A DNA stretch of 64,000 bases. Origin: a virus. A model generated the notes under the pieces. It worked only from the letters and a program-made list of their open reading frames with translations, did no database searches and was not told the DNA's origin. The stretch lies in IMG/VR virus record IMGVR_UViG_3300035204_001874, positions 66,120 through 130,119 of that record; one strand, 5' to 3'. Shown here in pieces: positions 31,701 to 43,700 of the stretch. Every line of letters starts with the position of its first letter. The stretch's first letter is position 1. The position numbers and the translations under genes are program-made.

Positions 31701-34700
31701 GTATTTTCCCGGAGCCTCAATAACAGAACCTATTCCTAGAGCTATCTTTTCTCCCGTTTCTCCGATTTTTCTGTGAGCGGCAGGAAATAAACCCTCTTTA
31801 AGTGCGTGATATTCGTCATGTTCGGATTGTTCACCTTTTGGACCAGTGTCTCTCGACAAGCCTCTCTCTTTCTTTATATCCTCTAGTGCTTTTTTGCGAT
31901 TTTCGTAGAGGTTCGTGCCATACAATATCTCTCCAGCCGATTCGAAGATACCAAAGTTCGGAACGTGACCTTTGCTATACAACATGTCCTGTGGTAGAGG
32001 CGTTGTCTCTGCTACCGTTTCGAATTTTTTGTTTCGTTTGCTTTCGGCGTGAGCTTCTTCAGCTTCTCCCCAACCTCTAAGCAGGTCTTGTTTGTCTAAT
32101 GCTTCAATTTTTTGTCGTTTACCTTCGGCGTCAAGGTCTTTAGCTTCGAGCCAGTCTAGAGTTAAATTGTGTTGCTCGATTTCTTCACTTCTTTCGCGTC
32201 TCTTCGTTTCCTTTTCTTCTTCTGCCGCTTTCCTTTTTCGTCTTCCTTCTAAGTATTTTCCCGGAGCCTCAATAACAGAACCTATTCCTAGAGCTATCTT
32301 TTCTCCCGTTTCTCCGATTTTTCTGTGAGCGGCAGGAAATAAACCCTCTTTAAGTGCGTGATATTCGTCATGTTCGGATTGTTCACCTTTTGGACCAGTG
32401 TCTCTCGACAAGCCTCTCTCTTTCTTTATATCCTCTAGTGTTTTTTTGCGATTTTTGTAGAGGTTCGTGCCATACAACATCTCTCCAGCCGATTTGAAGA
32501 TGCTAAAGTTCGGAACGAAGCCTGAAGCTGCTCCTATTCCTAATTTTTTGTTTACCTCTTCGTAAAGGGGTGTTCCCACCTGATAACCAGCGGAATAGAG
32601 GGCGGCGTGTAAGTATCTACCGTCAATTAAAGGCTTGCCTGTATTTCTGCCAAGATAGCCTTCGCTTGCGGCTTTAGATAAATCAAGGTTCATTGCCTCT
32701 GCGATTTCCATCTTTCTATCCCTGTGAGCACCCTCGCTAATTTCGTACTCGTCTCCGTATGCAAAATTTGGAATGAAACCAGTAGCCGCTGAAGCGTAAT
32801 GCCTTTTAATGTTTTCCTTGTTTATTTCGCGTAAGTGTCCATGTGCAGCTTTAACCTGTTCGGGAGTACTATCTGGGTCTTCCATTAGTTGCTCCAATAC
32901 AATTATTCTTTTTCGTCTAAGCATTTGGGCTGTGTCTTCATCTCTGTGCTCTTCGAAAGGGTTAAATGTCTGCACAAAGCTTGGAATAAAGCCCCCGCTT
33001 TCAAATGGAAGTTCTAATTGTTCTTTCTTTAGCTTTTTGTTTTCTGTGATGCCAAATTCTTCTTGTAACCCTTCCAACGCTTCTTCCGAAATTGGTTCTA
33101 TTTCTCTTTCTTCAGGAAGCTCACCCCTAAGTGCCTCAAGAATACTGTCAATTGCTTTATTAACCTTTTCGCTGAGTGAAAGCTGGCTTGTTTGTGGCTG
33201 GCTAAAACTTGGGATGAAGCCTTTGGCTTGATTTTCTGGATTTTGCTCGCTTGCCCCCCACGCCTTGCTCCATTTATCTTGATTAGGATGTTGTTGTTGA
33301 AGAGACTTAGCGACCTTCATTGCCTCGTCCGAAAGCAGACCTTTGTTTTTGTGCTTCTCTATGTCTTCATCCGACATCTGACCGATCTCTTTCAAAGTCA
33401 GCCCAAATTCGTTAATAGACTTCGCTTGTAAGGCGGGCAAACTAACATCACCAGGAATGACAGGTAGGGGGTCTTCTAAAAATGTATTTACAAATTCAAC
33501 TTTGTCGGTCTCACCGACTACTTCGGGTTTCATATCTCTTCTTGCTATTGCTACCCGTAAATCTTCCTCTGCCATGGAAACCGCAACCTCTTCTAGCTTG
33601 GGTGTATCTTGAGATTGAACGAGGTCAGCTTCCTCATCGATCACTCTTTGTTCCAGTGCTTTTTTAGCTTGATCCAATTGCTGTTCGGCCATCTCCACGT
33701 TGATATTGTCTGCATCGCGAGAATCGGGAGCTATATGCGTAATCCCAGCGTCCAATAACTTTTCAAGGTAAACTTGATTGAGTTCGTGTTCGGGATTTTC
33801 CCAGTCAAATTTTTTGAGAGCAAAGTTCGGAACAAAACCTTCTGAAAGAGGAAGTTGACTAAGGGCGTCAAGGAATTCGGCTATTTTTTCTGGGTACATT
33901 GAGGTAAGACCAGCCGCTGCAACGCCAATACCACCCGGTCCGTATGTCAAGACGTCCTTGGCTAATTTACCAGTGCTTGGGTCTTCTTCCTTAAGGATTT
34001 CTTCTAGGGGAGTTTTGCCTTTTGAAGGCGAAGGATCGCCAAAGTTCGGAACGAAGCCTTCTGAAAGGGGAAGTTGACTAAGGGCGTCAAGGAATTCGGC
34101 TATTTTTTCTGGGTACATTGAGGTAAGACCAGCCGCTGCAACGCCAATACCACCCGGTCCGTATGTCAAGACGTCCTTGGCTAATTTACCAGTGCTTGGG
34201 TCTTCTTCCTCAAGGATTTCCTCTAGGGGAGTTTTGTTAGAATCATCAAAATTCGGAACGAAGCCTTCCGAAAAAGGAATGTCCGCAATTCCTTGAACAA
34301 CTCTAGCTATTTCTTCTGAGTATTGTGAGGTAAGACCAGCCGCCGTAGCACCAAGGGCTCCTGGTCCGTGTGTCGTGACGCCTTCAGCTATTTTTTCGAG
34401 GGGGTCTCTACCCTCTGTTGCGCCTTTTGCGTCATGAGTGTAGAACTGCGGATTATCTATGTTCAGCCCGCCCTCAACAACGCTACCTCTTAAGGCTGCT
34501 CTAAGGAGATTTTTGCCTCCCGCTTTCGATTTCCAACGTTTTGTCCGGTCTCCTCTTTCGGTCCGTAACATCTTTCGTTTACGTGAGCCTTTTTGTTTGA
34601 ACTCTTTCCCTTCTCGGGGCTCCTGATAGAACACGTTGTTAGAAAGAATTGCGTCACCAGTGAGATTAGGAACCACCTCCGCACGCCAAGATTGATTAGC

Positions 34701-37700
34701 CTGATCCATAAACGTTGACGTTTGAGATACCTCAGTGTGTCCCACTGGAGGAACTACGTCATACTTCGGACCTTCTCCTTGAATTCGCCCTGCTGGAACT
34801 CCCGACTGATACTGAACCTCTTCTTCGAAACTTGGGACGAAGCCTGTGTAATCACCTAAATCTTCAGGATCAATATTAGACTCTTCCAGTTCTTCAAATG
34901 TAGGTAATATGCTGCTACCGTCAGGGTTGACGCCTTTGCCGTAGTATCCTGCTTCTGCGTCCAACACCTCGTTTAGGGATTCTTCCGCTGATACGATTTC
35001 TTTTATTTTGTCTAAGGGAGTAAGCCCGACATTACTCATTGTTTCATTGAGAGATTTCTGTTTTTTGACCCCTGTTTGTCTGTCAATTTCTTTTGCTTGC
35101 TTCACGGTAAGGTCAAAGTTCGGGATAAGACCCATTGATCCAAATCGCTTTGCCTTTTCGTCATCTATAAGAGAAATGTGTCCCGAAAAATCATTAAGTA
35201 ATTTGGCTTGCTCTTCGTCATCGTTCCATAGCTTTGCAAATTCTGCGGCGCACTTTTCAAAGGCTTCAAAATAATCTTCATCACTAACTATTTGGTGCAT
35301 TGAATTACTGATTTGACCTACATCAGAAGAGAGCTTCGGCTTATCTTTAAATTCTTCGTTTAGTTTTTGAATTATCCAAGCGGGCTGGATGGAGTTTCGA
35401 GCGTTGCTGATTTCTGTCTTTAGTGTTTGTGGGCCACCAAAATTCGGAATACCCTTATCTGTTGCGTAGCCTTCTTCCCAATTGAAGTTTGGAATATGCC
35501 CATCAGGAAAACCAACAAGCGAACCAGCCGATTCGGCAAGAGACTTAATGAGATGAACTAACCCAGCCATATCTGGGTCGGCTTCCATTGCTCCCATTAT
35601 TAAAGCGTTACCACCCATCCACCAAGCTAAAATACGATTGACTTTGCTCCTGACTTTTGGATCAGTAAAATAAGGCGCGTCATCGTCTCGAACCTTCTTT
35701 GCCGTCTCTTTCATTTCTCCCAACTGTTCGGGAGAAATTTTTTCTTCCTCAAAGCTTGGGACAAATCCCCCCGCTGTAACTTCTCCTCCTAATGATCTTT
35801 CTAACGTAGCTAAATGCGACATCTCTTTCGGGCGAGGTGCGGCGTTCCTAAACATTGCCATCGGAGAAGGCTCATTGCCTAAAGAGAAGCCGCTCGCACC
35901 CTGAGTAAGTTTCATCTTACCGCCATCAGTATCTTCCCATCTTTTTTGGTCAGCTTGAACTTGATCCAAATCAGTGATGTCAACGCTACCAGCGTACGTC
36001 TCCATCTCTGAAGAGATACCTCTTAATTTACCAGTGCTACTTAATACTTCTCGAAGATATTTTTCTTTTTGTTCTTCCCAGCCTTTTTTAAGTTCGTCAT
36101 ACTCTTTTTCTCCCGCCCCCAATCGGTTCGGGTCTGGCATATCTATAGCTCCAATTAACGTATTGTGTGCGCCACCTAATACATCCATGGAAACCGTAGG
36201 CATATTTAAGGTGGGATGTTCTGGAGCACCAAGATGTGGAAATTCTTCCTGTATTCCTAACATTCTTCCATAGAACTCATCTAAATCTTCTGGAATAGTC
36301 GGGTATTTATTAATGCGATCTAAACCGCCTTCGTGCACGGGCCTAACGGCGCGGCTCTTTAATGTCTCTTTCCTGTCTCCAAGGTTTTTGAGTCTGAAAT
36401 CAAAATCATCCGCTAAATCTTCATATATTTCTCCCCCCCTGTCGTCTCTTGTCCAATATTCAGTACTTAAATCAGATAAAGGATTTAGTTGGCCATACTT
36501 TGCTAAGAAATATTTATTTAATATTTCTTTATATTCATTGTTGAAATCGTAGCCTATTAAGTATCCATTTTTTGCTCTTCTTACGTCCTCAACTACTCCT
36601 TTTAGTGGCCCCGTTTCTAAGTTTTCAAAGTATGGCCAAGGTGCTTTATATGCTGAATCGTCAGGTGAAGGAGTCCTAGTTCTAAGAGGGTTAAGCATAT
36701 CTTTCCATCTATCATCCTCGAAATTTGGGACAAAACCTCTCGCAAGACCTGTCTCTTTATACCCTTCTGCTTTCGCAACCTTATAGGCGTATTTTTTAAG
36801 AAATTTTTGTAGATTGTATGTCTTGCCAGTTCTTAAGGATTCTATTTTTGAATCAGGGCTAAATTGATTGAAGGCTATTGGGTTGCCAGTAATCTCATCC
36901 GCTTCTTCGTCATACACTCCGGTAGCTCCGTATGAATGTATTTCACTACCATGAGCAGCCGTTGTCGCTGGACCAGAACCGTCTTCATCTTTCGCAACGA
37001 GCGCGGGGTTTTGAAACCCCGTTAGTTCTTCATAATGCTGCGATATAGCATCATCAATGATGGTGGCTCCCGCATATTGCCCATCAATTATGTAGCCTCT
37101 ATCGTCTTCAAATTCTTTTATGTAACTGTCGGGTCTTCCAAAGGGAGCCCCACCTTCAGCGTACTCCTCAAGCATTTGCCTATCATCATCGTCTTCATCA
37201 CCGGGGGTTCCACCATGCTGTGCAAACATTCTTGAACCACCAATTGTTGATGGTCCGCTTTCTCCACTTTGACTGGTAACTTCTCCCGTATTTAAATATT
37301 CCAAGTATTCCCTGACTGAGCTTCTAAATGCGGTTCTCCCGCTCCCCCTATGAAATGGGGTGGTTCCCGCTTTCTCCAAAAATTTCGCCTTATTTGACCA
37401 ATCTTTTCGCTCAAATATTTCTCCCTTTGGGAATTCGTGGGCAAAATTAGGAATAAACCCTTTATTTAGATTGTTAAGTCCCTTTGTGCCTAGCTTTTCC
37501 ATTCCCTTTTGATTTACTACGCCTTCTCCACCTTTAAGTACGGCAAGCTGCTCTTTATTGAAGTTGGGAACGAGGCCACCAGAATGATATTTTGGAATAT
37601 CCGTGAACGGAAACTCAGTTTGAGTCTGAGGTTTTACGCTATCTAAAATTTTCTGTTGTTCTTCCTCGGGTAACTCAAGAAGGTCTCCAAGACCCATCCC

Positions 37701-40700
37701 GTGCACCTTTCTAAAGTCAGAAAGGGTTTTGCCGAAATACCTCTTTTCATCTTCACTTAAAGGCCCAAAGTCTTTGTTGTCTGGGTCATCTCCGAAGTTT
37801 GGAATAGAACCTTCTGCCACATTAATATAGTCCTGCTCATTTTCTAATACTTCAGTAACCTCAAAGCTGCCGCCGCCTTTGCCAAAGTCCACAGTAAATG
37901 GTTGATTTTCGTCTTTATGAATAGACCTATAAGTTCCTTTGGCGGCGGCACTAACGGACCTGTCGCTTGTGACATTTTTATACCCCTCTTCGAATGCGCG
38001 ACTAAAAATTCGCGAATAGTGTTGTTTGCCGAAACCAAGCAGTCTAGCCCATGTTGGAGATTCATCGGTGCTTTCAATTCTTATGGATTTGTCACTCGTC
38101 GCCAAACCGTAAGTCGTAGTAAAAAGCTCTTCGTCAAAATTTCCTAACGGGGGCAAGGAAGATTTAAACTTCACTGGGAGATGAAAAGACCTACCTTTTG
38201 GGAGATCGTCTTCAAATATTAGTTGATGAGGGCGAACTTCTTCAGTTTTAAAATCGGGAAATTGGAAAGGAGAGTTATCGTTATAATACGTCTTAATCCA
38301 TTCAAAAGCACTCTCATAAGAGTCAAATGGTTTGTGAGCTTCTTGTTTATGCATTCCTTCAAGAACGTCCAAATCAAAAACTTCGCCTTCAGTAAAGTGG
38401 CCAACCAAAGCAGAAAGTTTATCATCGGTAAAATCTGCGATATGTTCTCTTAGTTTCGCTCGTTGATTGATTACGATATTAGGCAAGCTCGCTACGGTTA
38501 ATTGTTGCAGTCTTTTTCTTATTTGCTCACTAGTCCCTTTCTCCTCTTCGTTTTCGAGTATTTCCCCCATTGCTGAGTTAGCGTTGAAAAAATGCATCTC
38601 GCCATCTCTTAAGTTTGCTAAACTTTGCCGAGCAAATTCTAAATTTTCAATAGTATCTATGGGCTCTGAAGATACAATATTGGGGCTTGCAACATAGCCG
38701 ATCCAACCGTAGTCTATGTTTTCTATTTCTTTATCGCGATCTTCTTCCTTCAAGTGGGGGTTTTGTTTTTGAAAAGCAGAATGAGCCAAAGACTTAATGG
38801 CTTCTTGTTCTCCAAACTGCCGAGCGGTATCGAACGTAGCTTTAAGACCTTCTGCTCCACGGAGCGATGATATTCTCCCTGTAGTCTCGTTTTCGCCATG
38901 TTCAAAAATAAGATCGGTTTGCTTTAGGGCTTCATCGCTACCATAGCCGTGGAATTGTTGCGTACGGTTGATTAACGCTGATTGTTCCGTAAAGTTTGGC
39001 TTCTTGGCCTGTAGAATTTTGTCACTTTTATGGGGCATAATCCACGTTCCACCAGTTTCATAATCAAAAACCGCTCGTATTGGGCCTTTGTAGTCGCCTG
39101 ATATTTCACCTAAGACACCCTCGCTAATTGGACCTGACCAACTTGACAGTTCTACTTGTGCATTGAGGGATTTCCATATTGACTCTTTATTTGCTTCGTC
39201 TGATTCTTCAGAGTATCCAGCCTCTCTAAGTTTAGCTTGTATGCCCACGTCTGGACTGTAAAATATTTCATCGAAGAAAAGACTCATCCCTTCCATGGCA
39301 CCCACTTCATCATTATCCCACCCCTTCCACGTTTCAGAATGAATTTCTCCAATTTGAGAAAAGTCACGATCAACGTACTTAAAACCTAAACGCTTCATAG
39401 TTTCTGGCTTACCAGGATTTGTAGGTACTGTAAAAATACTGTTCCCATGGGCGTCCGGGGGGGGAAGGGGGTTCGGGAGAACCCCACGAAATTTACGATA
39501 ACGAGGGTACTCTGCTTCTTCGAAATCCTCGTGAAGCATTTCGCCCCAGTCTTTCTTTACTCTGTCCCGCTTTGCAAGACCGAGGGAAAATTTTTCTTTA
39601 CCTTGCTCTTTGCGCTCTTCGTCCGTTAGGCTTAACCATTCTTTGTACCTCTTCTCCTCTTCGCTACCCATATCTGTTCCGGTAGCCTCTTTTATTTTAA
39701 ACTTTGCTTCGGAAACCCTATCTTCGTTCATAGCTTCCGTGTAAGAGCCGTCTTCGTTTTGTTTTCCTTCCATGCTGCGTTTGCCCATTGCCCTAAAGAA
39801 GTCTCCAGGGACATAGCCCTCTTTATCAGTTCTCGACTCTACGAAATTCGGGGTAAATCCTTTTGCGAAACCCTCTTCTTTAACCTCTAATGTACCCTCA
39901 TCTAAACCTTCCCAAAAACGATAAAGAAATGTTTCAGTGTCAAAGCCTTCTCTTTCTGTTGCTAACTTCTCCGCTTCTTTTCTTACTTTTTCTTGCACGC
40001 TTGCTTTTGTCGTTTCTTTCGTTCTCATTCCGTAAGTTTTTACGTCTGCTCCCGTAATCCTTATCGCTCTCGCTAATTCCTTACCTTGCACAAAAGCCCA
40101 TTCCATAAGTGGGTTAGCTTCTATTACTGCTCCCTCTTCTGATACGTGACCAGAGATATCCTGATAGCGTCCTCCGCCCATTGTATCGAATGGAATTTTT
40201 TCGCCACCTTCTGGTACCTGTAGAAAGATGTCGCTTATTGCCTGTTCTACACGCAAACCTCTTTCTGGACCCATGGGTTTTGATTCTATTGGGGTCGCTG
40301 CTCTTCGGGCTGCTGCTGCGGCTTTGTGGCTATCTATTGTTTCTTCGCCTTGACCACTAAGAATTACATTTAAAATAAAATCATCGACATGTTCTCGCGC
40401 CTTTTGATCCGCTTCTATAATCCTCTTGTCTATTTCTTGAGCGAAGGTGGAATCTTCGGGTATCACGCCGCTCCTCCTTGCGGCATCAATTAATTCTTGC
40501 CTGATACCAAAATGAACATACTCTCTATTTCTTGCTACCGTACGCTCAAGCCCTGTCGTGGGATCAACTGTTCCCCCTTGTTCCTCGACGTCTTCCTTAG
40601 TGGAAAGGCTTACCAGGGCAATATCGCTTAAAGCTTGAGCGGCTAGATTTGCTTTTTTTTCAGGCTCTACGTAAGATTCAATCCTCGTAAATGTCTTGTC

Positions 40701-43700
40701 GTAAACCTTTCCAAATGGCCCTTTTTTCAAAAGGTCAACAATTGGAAGATGCATATTAAAGCCGCTGGTTGACCCATCATCTGGAAGGTCTTCGTCTTTA
40801 ATTGTGCGATTAATAATTTGTTGTCGTAAGCTGTCATCTTGCACTAGGCTTTTTTCCATCATAAGCATAGCGTTATGGACTCGTTCAAATTTTAATCTAT
40901 AATTAGGGTGGTTTTTAAATGTAGGATCAATGCTAGTTTCTCCAGCAAGAAGTAATTTAGCAGCGTCCCTTTCTTCTTGGCTAGAATCTGGTCTGTATAA
41001 AGTTTCTTCTAACGTAACCAACGCTTCCTTATCATTGGCGATAGCTGAAGTCTCTCTTTGTTTTGATTGTATTTCTTCGGCAACTTTAGGTTGTCCGTCT
41101 TGGTCAGTGCTTGACCAATCCCAAACTGAGGGGTGTCTATCCCAATCAGCGAAAGCGTCTAATATATTAAGTCGAGACTTGTTGAGCTCTTGCCAGTACC
41201 AATCTGCATTCTCTTTTACGTCCTCAATTTGTGATTTATCTAAATCGCTTTTTTCTAATCTGAAAAGCTCAGAATAAGTTTTTGCTGGTCCTCGTCCGCT
41301 AACTTCATTGAACACGCCGTTTATGATTCCCCAAGTTGGAGCTCCCGTAATCGAACCACCACGTTTTTGATATTTTGACCAGCTTATGTCTGGATGATCT
41401 TTGCTATTAAGGTCGCCTTCGAACGCTTTTATCCCAAAGGGAATCTCTCTGAAATCTTTAGTTGCTAACCCAGAGGTCTCTCTTGATTCTGCTTGCGTCG
41501 GAGCTAACCATTGAGCTTTTATTCCAAAGTCAGCTTTCGACATAACCCCACCGAAAGGTTGGTTTGTCACGAAGTTTGGAACGAAACCTCTGTTTAGTTC
41601 TTCGAGCCCTTTCGAGCCTAACGCTTTCATACCCGCTTGGTTTACCACACCTTCTCCCCCGAGGAGCATGGCTGGTTGTTCTTCATTAAAGTTGGGAACT
41701 ACGCCTCCAGAGTGGAATTTAGGAATGAAGCCTTCATTTGTTATTTTGTATTCTTCTGGCTCTTCTTTTTTCTTGTCAAGACCCAAAAGTTGAAGAGCTT
41801 TTTTTATTCCTTTTGCACCTACCGACTTAGTGCTGCCCCACAGCTTTCCAACAGCTTCTCTTTTTGCGGTCTCTGCATCGTTCCACGCTCTATGGCTCCG
41901 TTGTGTCCCACTTCCTTCCCATCGATTCTCAGAATCGACAAAATTAGGAACAAAACCAAAACTCTTGGAGGTGTAGGCGGCTTGAAAATCTTTAGCTTTC
42001 ACTCTTACGGATTCGTCCGTTAGCTTCATTGTTGATTCAGATAAGCCCATTAAGTAAATCAAAAAATCATCATCCAAAGCTCCCATGATACCCCCAGTTA
42101 CAGAAGCTAGTTCTTCCACTTTGTCGGGAGACGTAAGGGTTGAGGCGAGCAGCATTTCAACTTCTCTTGCGTGCCCTTCTGATTCAGTTTTGCTCCTTTG
42201 GTGAGCGATTTCGTGAGTGATGGTCGAAATAATACTCTGATAAAGCCTTTTTCTAATTAGTGGAAGACGTTCATCCTCCTCAAGACCTTCCAAGTCAGGT
42301 TCACCGCGTGTTTGATTCCTAAGACTTGTTTTCGTTGACTGCATTATTGATATAGGGTCAAGTAATACTTCGGTTCCTAGCTTTAAGTCTAAATCTTCTT
42401 TGGAAGCTGCCGCGTACTCCTTACTTGCCATTAGGCGGTCCTTATCTGAACCTACATTTACCCCCTGCCAGGCGGCACCTAAAGTAAGACCTCGGAATTT
42501 GACGCCCCTATAAGCTTGATCAAGCTCTTCAGTGGCAGATTTTGCGACAAAGTCAAAAGTCTTTTGCATGGCTCCTGCAAGCTTTATCATTCCTGGGTGT
42601 TCGGAAGCCCCCTTTAGTAAGGCTTCTCCTTCTTCTGTTTCCGACAGAAGGTTTACGTCTTTGACAACTAGACTTTTTTGCCCTTCAACGATTTCTCCCA
42701 TCCTTGTTTGGGGTATGCCTAATGAGGCTTCTGGCGTGCCTCTTGTTTTTTCTTCTTGTATCGTTTTTAAATCCGACGCTATGTCTTTCATTCGTTCTGC
42801 GGCAGCTTCGCCAAATGCTCCTTTTAGTCTTCGTCTATCTTTATCCCAAGGGTAATCTTCCGTTCCCACCGCAGCACGACTTGAAACGCTAAACATTAAG
42901 TCTTTCGGTACGTAATCCATTGCCATTTGCAAGGAAGAATAACGTTGCCCTTCTGAAAGAATTGGGATATCTGCTTTACCCCAACCTGTTTTGATTGGGG
43001 GAACAGAGTCATCAAAGAGAATATGTAGCTTGCCCGTAGCCGTTTTGGGAGGTTTCGGCAACTCTATCGTTTCGTGAATTTTAGCGTTGGCTGGTTCGGC
43101 AATTATAGGTTCGTTCCAATGACTTTCTAGATGTTTTTTTGATAAAACTTCTGGATTTTGTGTTCGAAATGTTAAAGCTGCCCCAATGAAATCAGAATCT
43201 TCAGTCATTAACAGTGGTATTTCTGCTATTCTATGGCTTCTAGCGCGAGCCATGTTCTTTATTGTTTGCTCTGCTTCTTCGACACCGGAAACTGACATCG
43301 CTTCTTTAGTTGGGTCCACTATCATAGTTGTCCCAACTAATCTTTTTTCGTATTCCTTATCTTCTTCTTCGAACAAGTCCTGCATGGCAGTTGTGGATTC
43401 GAGCTCTTCTCCTTCTTTAAATCGATACCCTGGCCGATACCCAATATCTAAAGGGTTTTTATAGGCGTGTGATGGCGTTCCCTCTACGGTTTTGAATTCG
43501 TGTTTGTCGATAAGCTCTCTAATGGGGCGCGTAAGATAATCGTGTCTTGTTATATCTTCGTTCTCTTCATCAATGAAATCATCTAAATCAACAGCAATGT
43601 GTGTTGCGCTTTTATCCTCGTCGCCCCAGCTTGGACCGCGTTTAAATCTTTTTCCTCCAACTTCACTAGTGCCAACAAACACCGAAGCTTCGTCATCAGA

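Noticed and set aside
31402-32505. Diversity-generating retroelement TR/VR pair
   Set aside because: It is a long in-frame tandem duplication with few differences that are not clearly adenine-specific, and no reverse transcriptase is in the window.
30739-34260. Repeated AAGTTCGGAACG as a possible CRISPR array or attC-like sites
   Set aside because: The repeat is only 12 bp, spacing is irregular (hundreds of bp), it is always in frame within coding sequence, and no cas or integrase gene is in the window.
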